Of a stretch of DNA of 64,000 nt, positions 49,600 through 61,930 are shown piece after piece. The notes under the pieces were generated by a model, which had not been told where the DNA came from, ran no database searches, and saw only the letters and a list, made by a program, of their open reading frames with translations. Positions within the stretch are counted from its first letter, which is position 1; each line of letters starts with the position of its first letter. The position numbers and the translations under genes were made by a program. Source of the DNA: Pavona decussata (lineage: Eukaryota); assembly GCA_977016875.1 (NCBI GenBank), contig CDRNST010000020.1, positions 5,952,001 through 6,016,000 on the forward strand, in the 5' to 3' direction.

Positions 49600-50478
49600 A
49601 AATATGCCCCCCCCCCCCCCTCCCCTTTCCTGTCCAAAAACAAGATCCCTGATGTAGTTCAACACTTGTTCTGGAAACGCATACTCGCAATCCTCTGGAC
49701 CCACTTCGTTTCGCTGAAAACAAAAAAGCCTACAAATTTAAGGATGGGTTTTTCCATTAATATTAAATTCTCACATGCGCTTACCGAAATTCCGGTCATT
49801 TTTGATAATTGCTTCGCATGGCTAAACGAGGTTATTTATATGTGCGTATTTTCATAAGAAGGAAGTATTTAGCAGATACTCGGCAACGGAAAATAATATT
49901 ATGTCACTGTATAACTTCAAATTGCTATCCGGACATGGAGTTAAATCTGGAGAATTGGAGTATAAGTATCCATTGTTCAGAAACGATTGGTGTCAGCACT
50001 ACATATAGACGAGAGGGATTTAGGGATTAATTGCTTTTACTTACCATCAACACGTGGGCCCAGGAACAATAATGCTAGTAGCGGTTCTTCCTCGCCGGCT
50101 TCCCCTTTTTTTTCTGTCTGCAGTGCTCTTTTCAAGCATGTCGGCGAAGAAATTTGCGTCGTACCTATTCAAGATCGAATTCATCAAGGAGAATTCCAGA
50201 GCATTGGCATTTTTGCCTGTGCGTGCTGTTACTAAGGCAGCAGTAATATTTAAGGACTTTTCTTTAGGAGTTACAATCGTGTGACAAAATGGAAAGCACA
50301 TTTACAAGCAATAAGCATACCTAATTTCTGCTATTGCCGTAACCATGCGGTCACGGTGATTCACCGGTACTAGTGTTTCCGCCGCTCTTTCTTCTGATGC
50401 TTTATCCCGCGTTTGTCGCTTTGGCTTGGGCCCAACAGCTTTGTGTGATGAAGCCTTTCCTCGTTTAGTTTTTTCCAT
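49600..50478 (-). pseudogene. Kolobok second gene, function unknown
   Basis: ATG 50478; ORFs 50302-50526 and 50047-50301 are contiguous in frame across a stop; donor GTAAGT at 50044; last exon RNEVGPEDCEYAFPEQVLNYIRDLV. Confidence 0.55.
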
Positions 50479-53400
50479 GATGATTACAAAATACAATATC
50501 GTAAAATAAACACCGCAAATATCCAACGAAATGGCGAAGGAATTGATTACTCTGTAATGCGAGTACGTTCAAAATTGCGGGAAAATCTTCACAGGAGGTG
50601 ACCGGAAGAAAAAGTGCCTTGCAGAATGATTGGCTAATTTTTCGCAAAGGCGTTAGGGGGCGGTACCTGTTTGTGTAGCGAGAATTTTCTTCAAGCGCTG
50701 TTTTCTCGAACTTTGATTTCTGCTTCGAGGAGACACTTTCAAGAGTTACAACTCGACAACAATTTGGCCGATTTCTGTAAAATTTGGCCAGATGCTAGAA
50801 AAATGTATAATCAACAAAAGCGTGTCGGGGAATTCGACAATTCTTAAAACTCTTTCCTTGACAGCCATTTCTGTGCGTTCACTCCGCATGTTTTTCTTGC
50901 AGTTTTAAAAAAATGTTCTGTAACTTTTAAACGCAATCGAATTAAGGAAAACCGCGACACGCTGTTTTAGCCTTTGGGATCCTGACCGTGAGGAAAAAAA
51001 ATAACATATAAAAATCGCGTTGAGTTGAAAATCTAAAAAGACGAACCGTGCCTTCAAGTTTCGACACTGCAGAAACCTTAGGAATTTATTTTCTTGAAAA
51101 AGCAATGGAATATTTGAATACCCAGTTCTATAAACTTTAATTTGATATAGGGTTTTGGGTATCTGTGATGTAACCGAGAGGCGCTACATCCGTTACACTG
51201 GAGCCACCCCTGAAGGTACACGGTAACCTTAACTCCCCGAGTTGACTTCCAGTTTCCAAATTGTTGCCGACTCTGACCCCGCGAACGATCTTGTGGCTAA
51301 TGTGCGCAAAATGCGTATCCAGCTTTGACTTGCCTTCGCCAGCCTCAAAGTTGTTGTATTCAACAAGCCTCAAATTGAACACTTCATTGACTTCAGCGAG
51401 GTGGAGAATGAAGGCAGTGTTGTGGTAGTGAGGGCCATTGTCTAGGGAAAGAGAATAAACAACACTTTTGACATTATTTTGTGTAAAAACAACTTGATAA
51501 AATCAATACTATAGTCGTATCAGGGGGGATAATATAAAACCTACTGGTACCACACATACAGTGTCAATATTATAAACTAGGTTTGGCAGCCAGCTTTACT
51601 ATTCCACACAAAAATTCAGAGATGAGACTTTTACCCTGTTTACACTTAAAAGACAAAAGCATTGCATTTCTTTCTGAGGAGATATTTTGTTATCATCTTT
51701 TACATTCACTTATCAATTACCCGCTACAGTACTTGTGAATATCTAACATTTTAGGCACTAACTTAGGACTGCTGAAATAATAATACACGTTATAACAGTT
51801 CCATCATATGTCCACTCATTGGTTGCATAGCTGTTTTATGAAAGCTTATGCACACATGGGTGTGCCGTAAAAATAGGAAACAGCTGATGCCAACACCTGA
51901 GGCTGATGCAAACACACGAGGGATTTTAAGAGAATTCAAAAGTACTCAATGTAAACCATTGGCCACAGCTCAGTTTTATACTTTGTAATTCTCCCGAACT
52001 CCTTGTCGTGTTTACATAAGGTTATACACAGAATACCATTTTTCTATTGCTTAAATGTACAGTATACTTATCAGAGAACAAATACACCCGGAAATTAGGT
52101 AGTTCGTTCTCCATCCACCGAAAGCCGACATCCATTGCACTCTGATTAAATCAGGCGTCTTGTTTAGTATCTTCGCTCCACAGGTCAATGACCTCTGTAA
52201 TCTTCTTGTCTTCTTCAACTTGCGCAATGACAAGGAGGCTATGTTACGAAATGCCCCGTTTCTCATACCAATCGCGTTGGATCTCCCGTGTACGGACACC
52301 CAGCTCCAATTTCATCTTGTAATCCACTATGACCAATGCCTCTCCAGGCTGTAGATTGTTCAAGACAAACTGGTGATATCCTCCCTGGTGCTTGGTACGC
52401 AACAAATGTGCCACATATTGTTCATGCACTTTCATGATGTCATCCAGATCTTTAGTGAATTGGTCTGTACTGGCGACGGATCAAGACAACACACCACTGA
52501 CAGTCTTGAAGACATCGTAAATGGCAGTGGCATCTGGACAGGATTTGTCGTGAGACTGTGCACATGAACCAAATGCATGATCCATACAAAGTTCTAAGCA
52601 AGGGAAGTGCCTCTCTGCTTGCTTACTAAATTGCGTCTTCATGTAACGTTGATGGTGCTCCAGTTTGGACTTCACATCTTTTATTGGCACAGATGTAGCC
52701 TTTTCAACATCTGTGCGAAGGGCTGAGAATTTGTCGTAGTTTAAGTGCCCAACCTCATCGCAAAGATTGCACAGCCCTGCCAGCATGGTGTTGTATCGGA
52801 AGTTTGCAGGAAGGTGTGTATAGTTGTATGTACGTTTCACCCCATTGGGAAATTCCCAAAGATACTGGTTGATAAGGTCTTTGACATTGTCTTTCCAATA
52901 TCTGAGTGGTGTTTCCACATTGTCCACGATCACGCTCCCGCACGATGATGTTCTCGACACACTGTCTCTTTCAAAAAACTCTGAAAGTTCTTTCAACAAT
53001 TCAGGGCTGACGCACTGCCTGGTGAACTTGAACTTAAAGGGAGGGGCCCCCCAATGGCCAAATAAGATTTGATGCACTTTTGCAGCAGTCACTGTCTTAG
53101 ATGAACAACCAAACATTTCCTGTAAAAGGCATTACGGATAATCTGAAACAACAATAGACAACAGCCGTCTTCTTTCATCTGCCCCTGTTGTGAGTCTGTC
53201 AATGGATTTGGCAGCTCCAGTTCGGTTCTTAAACTGATTTCCATTTTTCTCATCGGTCATCGATATTCTGGAGTCATTTAGTGTATTGCCAATGCAGATC
53301 TCTCCTTTCAAGTTTGACAACCTTCTTCTTGTTTCTCTTAACTTTTCCTTTGACCTAGAATCCTTGTATTCTTTGGTTAATGCTTTCAGAGTGGGGTTTA

Positions 53401-53892
53401 GTGCAGCATCTCCAAACTTTCCAGAAAGTCCAAATGCTGAATCACATTTTTTGCTGTTGACTGTATCTCGGACAAACTCTGGCACATTATCATTTACAAA
53501 GCAGACATATTTCATTGTTGTATCTTTGAAAGTGTCAATAGCTTCTGCTCTCATTTTCCTTCTTTTACGTTCGCACTGATCCTTGATGGGGACTGTGGGC
53601 ACCACAGGCGTTTGTGTTCCTTTATCAACCCTTGCAGGTTGACTTGCTACACAGTCCTCTGCTGCAAAGACACCATCCTCAGTAGAGACATCATTATCAT
53701 GGTACTCCACCTCCCGCTCTGCTGCTTCAGTAGCACCACCACTGACATTTTCACACTGCTCCAAGGCGCCCGCCTGTATAAATATATGCAAAGTATTACA
53801 TAAGATGGCACAACCAAGTGTAAATTAAGATTGTGAAAAACAAACCCGACATTCTGTCTACAGTTAAGTACAGTTTACAGGCACTCTCTGCT

Positions 53893-54370
53893 GTTGTGTT
53901 GTTTCCTTAGACAAGACACTTTACTCCACATTGTTTATCTCCACCCAAGGCCCAGTTGTTCGAAGCCCGATTAAGCTAATCCTGGATTAACGTGAACTTT
54001 GATTCGGGTTTAATAACTAAGCGATAAAGATTCTTCCTAAAGAGTTTTGGCCGTCAGTTTTGACTTAGGCTTTTCTTTGCCTTTAGCTTGAAATTAGGCT
54101 TTGAAATCACTTTTAAAGAGCGAAATGAAAACCTCCATTAATTTTAAATCGCAGATTAGCGTTAATCGGCTTTCGAACAACCCGCCCCAGGTGTATAAAT
54201 GGTACCAGCGAATGTAAGGTAAAAACCTAACAACATGCTGGGAGGGGGACCCTGCGATGGACTAACATCCCATCCAGGGTGAAGTAGTGATGCTCCTTGT
54301 TCATTCCTGCTACGGAAACCAGAGCTAGGGTCTGGCCGTGTGGGCCAGTGGTCCGAGTGCGACTTTACTT
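53893..54370 (+). mobile_element. 5'-truncated SINE with Deu/Nin-type core, interrupted by a MITE
   Basis: Rejoined core CTCCACCCAG|GTGTATAAATGGTACC, then ACCCTGCGATGGACTAACATCCCATCCAGGG and an ACTTT-repeat tail. Confidence 0.7.
53949..54187. mobile_element. Harbinger-like MITE inside the SINE
   Basis: GGCCCAGTTGTTCGAA ... TTCGAACAACCCGCCC; flanks CAA / CAG. Confidence 0.75.
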
Positions 54371-54496
54371 TATAATGTACTGGCACAATACACGCATGTA
54401 AATAAAAACCCCACTTGTTTAGGCTGGAGCTTAGTTTCTGTAGGGTCATTTTCAATAATACTAAATAATCATGGATCAACATGCTACACGCCCAAA

Positions 54497-54793
54497 AGGC
54501 TGGTTCTTAGGCTTCTCACTAGCGCGTAAGCATAACATAAACGTAAGCAAGTGAGAACTCCAGTGACAAAAGCGTATCAGAAGAACGAACCTAGCATAAG
54601 CATAAGAAGAACAAACACACTTGTTTTTCTTGTGTCCACTTATGCTTATGCTTATGTCGCTCTAGTTTCAAGTGAAAAAAGCACGAAGAAAATGAGTGAG
54701 TTTGTTCTGCTTATTTTTATGCTTATGTCCCTGGTGGTCTCACGTGCATGCTTATGTTTGTTATGCTTGTGCTGTGCTAGTGAGAAGCAGCCT
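54497..54793. mobile_element. MITE with GCATAA repeats
   Basis: Ends CTTCTCACTAGC ... GCTAGTGAGAAG; internal AGCATA / TATGCT repeats. Confidence 0.65.
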
Positions 54794-55944
54794 TAACAGA
54801 GAAATAATCTCATGCATTCAATACTTCATGCATACGGGCATGTCAGTTAAAGCACTACTATAACTCAGGAACTATTTTCATGATCAAACATGCCATTCTT
54901 GACAGATGTAAACAAATTCGGTCCTTTTAAAAAAACCCTTCATATCTAAAGAAGAACACAATTTTCTAACTAAAGTCGCATGCCATGCTAAATTCCTAAA
55001 GGTTTTTTCGACTCACATTTATTTGATTGACCTACCTCAAGTTTTTTATACTTGACTTCCATTTCCAGCCAAGATCTACAGGGCTCACAGATCTTCCGCT
55101 TTCTATTCTTGTTTCTCTCATCCACGCCAAACTCTTCTTCAATCCATCGCTTTTCCTCGCGACTACACTACCGTAACTGCTCGCTTGGGACATGAACATC
55201 GCCCTGCTTCCACTCCACGTGGCGTGGACAATGACACTTCGGCTTAAACATCAGTTACAGTGACTCCGGTGGCTGTAATCACAAATATTTACACTAATTA
55301 ATAAAATATGCAAGGCTATATACAAATTTACAACAATGTAAGGCAGTTTTCGTTGATTTAGAACGAGGGAAAAAACGAGAAGTTTTTCAAAACAAGATGG
55401 CGGTGGCGCTGCGAAATTTGACACGCGAGACGAAAGCTTCGTCACAGCTTACCCCATCGTGACCCATTGATTCTATATTCGGTACATTTCCGGATGCAAT
55501 CGACCGATTTCTGGGAAATAATCGGCCAAAAATGGATTTCGACCAATCCGAACATCGTATTTTAATTACTTAAGCCAATTAATAGCGGTCAGAAAACGGA
55601 TGCTTTACATTCCTGGGGCCGTTCGTGCTTTCCCTCTTAGCCGCACCGCTACTTAAATGAAAATTCCCTCACTTGTGTTAGTTAGAAATATAATTTCACA
55701 GACTAAATGAATGCAAAAAAAAAAAAAAAAAAGAAACAAACAAAAAAACACACACAACAAAAGCAGCCCTCGACTCCCCCTGACAGACGTCCCTTACATC
55801 AATTCAATAACAAAAACTGATGAAAATTTTGAAGACACACCCAGTAAATTGAGCAACAGGTGATATGTGATGATAAAATAATTTGAACAGTGGCGCCAGC
55901 AAATGTGGCCCTCATCCTTTATAGCAACGACATTCAAAACATAC

Positions 55945-57612
55945 CCAGTGCTGGAATTCTATCCCATCTTGCCACAAAGGAGTTCTTGTATCTCTTAATA
56001 CAGGCACTTTCTCATACAATAGTTCAGCGACTTCCTCAAAGGATTTGGAGTTGATACGGTCACCAAGATAAACCAGAACACATGTTACCTTTCATTAATC
56101 TTCGTCGAGATAGGAAGCCTAGCTTGAAATCCTGGCCTAGAGGCTGCTGTTTGGCTTTCTTTTGAAAAGGTTCTGAATATTCTCTTGGTTTTGTCCTCTT
56201 CAAAGGTGCCTCTACAGGAGAAGACAGCGACTGGAAAGAGGTAACTCTTTATCTATACTAGATAGGGGGCTCAATGTTGACGCATTTGATGCAGGGGATA
56301 ATCGACAAGACAGACTTGGAGAACAGGCAGAGTTCTGGAACAAGTGTTAAAAAATATACGTAGAATAAGCATTGAGACAGAAAAATAATTATAAAGCATA
56401 AAGTCAAGAAAATGACTAGAAGGGAAAGAAGACACAGCAAATGAGTGTTTCTTTATTTGTCTTAAGTGCTGTTGACACTCACAGTGTAGGGTATGCAGCC
56501 GTGTCTTGAGGAAGCCTAACAACAACCGTGTGAGACAAGTCACCACTAAATATCATCTGCTCCATTGGTGGGCGGGTCAGAATTGGTTGTTTCTGGGACA
56601 GGTTTTTACCCAAGACTTAACTCACCACATTATCGAGAAAGTCCCATTGCTTCTTTCTTGTAGAGAAGTTGAAAGGAAACAGATCCTTTAAATCTGATCG
56701 TGATAAACAAAGGAACATTTTTCCGTCCACTTTATTTTCTAAAGTAAAGGAAACAATTTGACATACGTAAGCATGTATAAACAGCAGTCCCTTGCGAGTG
56801 AACAGCAATCAATTAACACCACACCTTTTTCTTGGCTTTACTAATTTGCAAGCGTACTTTCTAGTGGTATTGATGGAATTTTTGCAGTACCCAGCAGATC
56901 AAATTAACTATCTATAAGACATTTATTTTGGTTTGAATCCATGTTTTGACTGTGGCATAATGGATTAAGAAAGCTTAATTTCAGACAAAGTTACCCCCAC
57001 CCGCCCCAGGCTTCGGAATAGTAGGTTGTTTTTACAGTTCACATTCCACAGGTCAGAGTTCAGAGTACAGGTCACCGTACTACAGATGAATAATGGCTAC
57101 TATGCATGTAAGTATCTCCTAGTCCTAATCAATATCCAAAATGTTGTTTCAGATCTAGGAGAAACTGTTTTGTTTAGTTACCGATCGATAAAATAGTGAC
57201 TTGTTCTCGTGGCCTGTGGAATGTGAACTGTAAAAGAAACCTCCCTTTTTACCAGAGATAAAATCGCCAAACATCCCCAAAAGACTACAGTGCATAGCAA
57301 AAATTAATACTGTATAAATAAAAGAGAAGTTACACTTTCTGTATTGATAAATATAGACACTCTTTGTGCAAACGAAGCTCATTTTCGTCGGTGCTAAATT
57401 TTGGCTGGAAACTCGCTTGTCAAGAAAGCATAGAATCTACCGTTAAATGGGCGGCTCAAAAGCTTACCTTCGAGAACTTGACATTGATCTAATGGAAAGC
57501 ATTTCTTTAGCAAAAAAGAAGACAATTCTTGTACTGTAAATAGCTGGAGGTCTTCTGGTTGTGGAGACTGTTGTGGAGAAGGTATTGACGAAACCTCCTC
57601 ATCTTCCGCCAT
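55945..57612 (-). pseudogene. SAM-domain gene of CACTA accessory type
   Basis: Exons 57612-57468 and 56738-56626 splice in phase to FTVQELSSFL...VLE|ENKVDGKMFLCLSRSDLKDLFP; downstream exons degraded. Confidence 0.65.
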
Positions 57613-57864
57613 GCTTGCAAAATGAGCAGCCCATCCTTTATCCAATGAAAGAGCGTGATCTATTTCGCGTCAGCCAATGAGCGAAGCTGTACTAAACTTA
57701 ATTGTTTTACCGCGCTAACTCGCTTCAGCGCGATAAACTCTGGAGGTAGTTTTCAAAATCAGCAAACAATCAGTAAAATTTTAGAATGGTAAATTGGCAT
57801 TGCGCTTTTTGCGCCTTCTGTGCTGTCTTCCTCCCTCTTTTGTCATATTAACACGAGCCACAAC

Positions 57865-58690
57865 GATGACAGCGATTTTTTCGCATACTGTGGAATTGGA
57901 GAGTGCGATAGACGCTTTCAAAAAGGCGAACTCATTTGCAAAGCACGTGCGAGAAAAGCATGTGTTGTATTTATATAGTTCCAGGGAAAATCTGACGTTG
58001 AAAACTACGGAAAACGGAACTGGTAAGTACGATTTACGTTGAGTAGTAGGTGTAAGAGAATATCTCAATTTAAATTGAGCCAGATCTACGTTTCGCGGAT
58101 GTAATGTATTGCGGGAGTGGTGGTGGGGTTGCGGGGTGGGGGTGCGATTAGTGTGATCTGTTACAGGCTGGTGTGCTCACATTTATATCTATAGACATAT
58201 AACACGGGTTCTGTCTTCCTCAGAGGGTGAGAGGGGAAGTGGTACTCCAGGGTGTTATCCAGGGTTTTTGGATGGGGGGGGGGGGGTTGCTTTTTTTTGG
58301 GCCCTAGAGTTTTGTACTTATTTGTAAAGTTTAATTCACCTTAATTCTGGATAACCCCGCTGGACGCTCTCACTCAATAATTAAGTATTTAAGTAGGTTA
58401 CTTCAATAATTAAGTATTTGAAAGAAAGGTTGACTACCTTTCTGTGAAGTTTTCAAAGCAACAAAAACATTATTTTAATTGCAGGCTGTTGCTTTGCTGA
58501 TGATGGCCCAGTTGCCCATGCCTCATATCAAGAAGTGCAAAACAACAATCTCAGTGCCGCAGAAGATTTTAGTTCTATTCCAGAAGGTCCTCATTCTCCC
58601 GTTCTAGCCACTAATTTTGAAAACAGCTCACCAAACATAATTCCTGAGATGGCTCGGAATATACACATTCCCCAGTTCTAAACACCAGTG
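57865..58690 (+). pseudogene. 5' remnant of a C2H2-finger gene, probably a CACTA transposase N-terminus
   Basis: YCGIGECDRRFQK / ANSFAKHVREKH across a frameshift; donor GTAAGT near 58023; head-to-head with the SAM gene, CCAAT boxes in between. Confidence 0.55.
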
Positions 58691-59256
58691 TTGGGAATAG
58701 CTTAGAGGAGGCAACAATCTTGTGAGTTTTTTCGCCCTAGTCAGCACAGGCAAATTGTCTGAACTAAAAGCATGTTTCTATAGAGATTGTAGACTAACCT
58801 TTGCTTGTTGTCCATTTCCGTGGTGTCAAGGCTATTTGCTTATGACTTGGACATTTTAGTTTTCAGACAATGGAACACTGCTCCCGTGGGCTCCATAACA
58901 AAACTCTGGGAAATAGAAGACCTTTTTGCCGTCTTCCGAACCGCTGGAGGAACGATGACGTCTGAAACCCTCGGGTCACTTTCATCTTTGTAAAACTGAA
59001 ATATCGGTAGATTTCCTCAATGAACACCAACTTAGCAAATTTAACATCAAATAAGGATAACAAAATGCTTCCTCCCATGCCGTACACGACACGTGCAGTT
59101 AATAATGAATGAATCTTGCAAGTGCTGAACATCAGTACACATAGTGTGCAGGCATACATTATGGATTTAAATTATGTAATCACAACAAACAAGTAGACAC
59201 TGTTTTTAGCACTCTTTGATCGGCTACTTAAACTTGTGATTTTGCAAGTAAGTAAT

Positions 59257-59551
59257 TGAAGGCGGGTGGATGTAAATGAAGATGGATGAAAGAAAATGAA
59301 GGTGGATGGGCGTAAATGAAGCTGTATGAAGACAAATGAAGGTGGGTGAACGTAAATGAAGTTAGATGAACGTGAATGAAACTGGGTGAGTGTAAATGAA
59401 ACTGGATGAACCTAAATGAAGGTGGATGAACGCAAATGAAGGAGGATGAAGGTGAATCGAGTCAAATGAAGACGAATGAAGGTGAGTATAGCGATATGAA
59501 GGTAAGTCAAGGTGAATAGAGACAAGTGAAAAAAAATGAAGGGTGGTTGGG
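59257..59551. repeat. Degenerate 20-bp tandem array (GTAAATGAAGGTGGATGAAC), ~14 units
   Basis: Direct reading; ends in GGGTGGTTGGG. Confidence 0.85.
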
Positions 59552-60937
59552 TTATTTAAAAGTGGATGAAATTAAGATATACATACCGTATACCAACTTG
59601 CAGTGTCTATCTGAACAATACCAGTGCATCCATGGAATTGTGACATGGAGTATATTGAATACATTACCGTGTAAGACGGGAGACTGGGGATAGTAGGGTT
59701 GTGACGTCAATACAAGATCGCTAGTTTCATGGTTTCTCTGTTCCTCAGTTTTTCTCGTGTGGAAGAAATATTCCGAGGACATTTTGCCTGGGAATGTTGA
59801 GTGCCCACAACTAAACAACTGAGAAATAGAGAAACCGCGAAAGTTGAGATCCTGTATTGACGTCACATCTGTACAATCCCCATTCTCTCATCTTGCGCAG
59901 TATTGTATCCAACTGGAATTTAAACTTCTCCTTTTTATACGCTTCAAACGCGGGATCAGAAAATGGATTGTGTGTCTTCTCTTCAAACTATATTGTAATG
60001 TCAGGTGACGACTGATAACAGTGAAATTTTACTAAAACATATATATATATTTACATCCGGACACATCGAGAAATATTGAAAGAAACTTTCGAGATCTTGA
60101 TCATTTTTTGTTGCATTACAACAGAGATCAGGAGTCATTTACATAAAACTTTTATTTCGGACATACGTGCTCAGCCAAAAATCTATCGTTTAACGCCGGA
60201 CTTTATGAAACAGACCCAGATTTCGACCCAAGTTAGGTGATCCCTTGCCTTATTCCACTTGATAATGGCGGTTGCGGCGTTGATTCTAATCCTTGACCAT
60301 GTGAATCATACTTGGGTGTAACGCATCCTGCAAATAGAGATCCCTGAGATATTGCCAGATAAATCACAAGACGAAGGGAATCAATTTGTCTTGAAAGATT
60401 GAAGGGATCTCTGTTTGCATGGTGCGCCTTACGTTGCAGAGTCCAACCATTCAAAGATGTTTTATTCAAGTTTGTCAGGGTAATAAGATTTTGCTTCTGT
60501 TTTGCTTTTGTAATGCATTAGGCCTTAACACTCTTGGCCGCTTTAAAGAGGTTCCTTATTTTACAGAAAGGTTTGTTCAGGGAGAAGAGCTTAATCTTCT
60601 TGAGGCCCTTATACACCTTAAGACAAGATTTGTCGCCACGAAAGTCAGTCTTTTTTCCCATACGGAACATCTAAGGTCGGTTAATAAAACCAAGTTGTCG
60701 GAGATTCGTAACCTACAGCCAAGCAGAAAGCTTGCCACAAATCATTGGCAGCCACTGCGATAACATACGGGATTTTGGTAAATACGGTTATAATTTTAAA
60801 AAACGTCAAGTTCACGAAAAGTGCGGTACGAGGTAAGTTCGATAACTCACCGAGCTTACTTTTCGGGTAATCTAATGTCGCCTCTACAGTGTAGCTAAAG
60901 AGTTTTTTTTTTTACCTCTCTCAATGTGTTTCCTTAA

Positions 60938-61930
60938 CCCTTTCACCGCTAAAGGCGACTAATGTCGCCGTTTTAGAGGCTACCACTTTAAAGATTGGCC
61001 ACGTTCTCAAATCCAGAAATCTGGTTATTATGGTCTACTAATAGTGTTAATTAGTAAGTGTTTTAGGCGTTAAGAGCAAATAAACTGAGTTTATCTTCCG
61101 TTTGCCGTTCCATATCAACATTTATTTTCAAGCAAAACCAAAAATGCCCGTTTTCTGCGGCATCGACAAAGCTGAAAAACACACATCTTTGCTTCCAATT
61201 TTTTAATTCAAAATCTCATTTTAAAACCAAAATTCCTTCATGACAGCAAACCTTAATCTCATGACTAAGCATTTATCTCCAATTTTGCCTCTCACGCGCA
61301 CAGCTGCTCGAACATCAGCCATTTGATTCGAGCCACTTTTCAAAGCCCGAAATTTCCCCTTTGCATCCGAGTTGCATTCTGGGTAATTTTGATACAACGA
61401 CGAAATGGAGGTCCCGCCATCTTAATTCAGTAGTTACCCGGTCCTACTGGCAAAATATCGCACACATCGTTTTCTTTGCAAGTCAAATCTCCCCCAAATT
61501 GCCTGGGTAGGTCCGAGAATCCACCCACAGAACGGCCAGAGAGACAACTTCACTCGTGAGCCACTATGACTCGATACGAACACTTTTGGCGTCCCAGTCG
61601 CTATGAAATCATCTCTCACCTCTGGATTCTTTCAGAGGATTGCCTCTACTCTCCATTCCAGCTTTATGATGCCAGCCTGGGAGCTTCTGCAGTGCAAAAT
61701 GGCCCGAAAGTACACTTAAAACCGACAACTTACCGATTAGAATGTGTTTGTGCTCGCGAGCAAAACAACAACGGTTCAAATAGGTGACGTCACAAAAAAA
61801 CTTGAGTCCTCGTTATTGCAGAGCAGCGAACATTTCAAAGGAGATCTTCATATAGGAGAACTAAATCCGTTTTGGTCATCTACATCGAGATAATTGTCCA
61901 GAGAGACCAGGAAATTTGGCAGTGAAAGGG
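60938..61930. mobile_element. Non-autonomous piggyBac-like element (993 bp)
   Basis: TTAA|CCCTTTCACCGCTAAA ... TTTGGCAGTGAAAGGG|TTAA; no transposase ORF. Confidence 0.8.

Larger units (their letters stand above)
43410..51228. mobile_element. Kolobok DNA transposon (7,819 bp)
   Basis: TTAA TSD (43406-43409, 51229-51232); 21-bp TIR (A/G)GTTACCGTGTAC(G/C)TTCAGGG; transposase plus a convergent second gene. Confidence 0.9.
30408..55251 (-). pseudogene. Sola3-like DDD transposase gene split by Kolobok and AcademH insertions
   Basis: Exons 55251-55036, 53773-52072, 51441-51229 + 43405-43401, 30748-~30408. Motifs CNLC, IVDYKMK, REIQRDWYEKRGIS, FS|DNGPHYH, FEAGEGKSKLDTHF, TLKDISLF; splice phases are compatible. 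Confidence 0.75.

Noticed and set aside
43410-51228. KolobokP element with long direct repeats
   Set aside because: The two terminal regions share only the 21-bp inverted repeat; no long direct repeat seen.
59257-59551. CRISPR-like array
   Set aside because: Contiguous degenerate tandem units without unique spacers, no cas genes, eukaryotic context.
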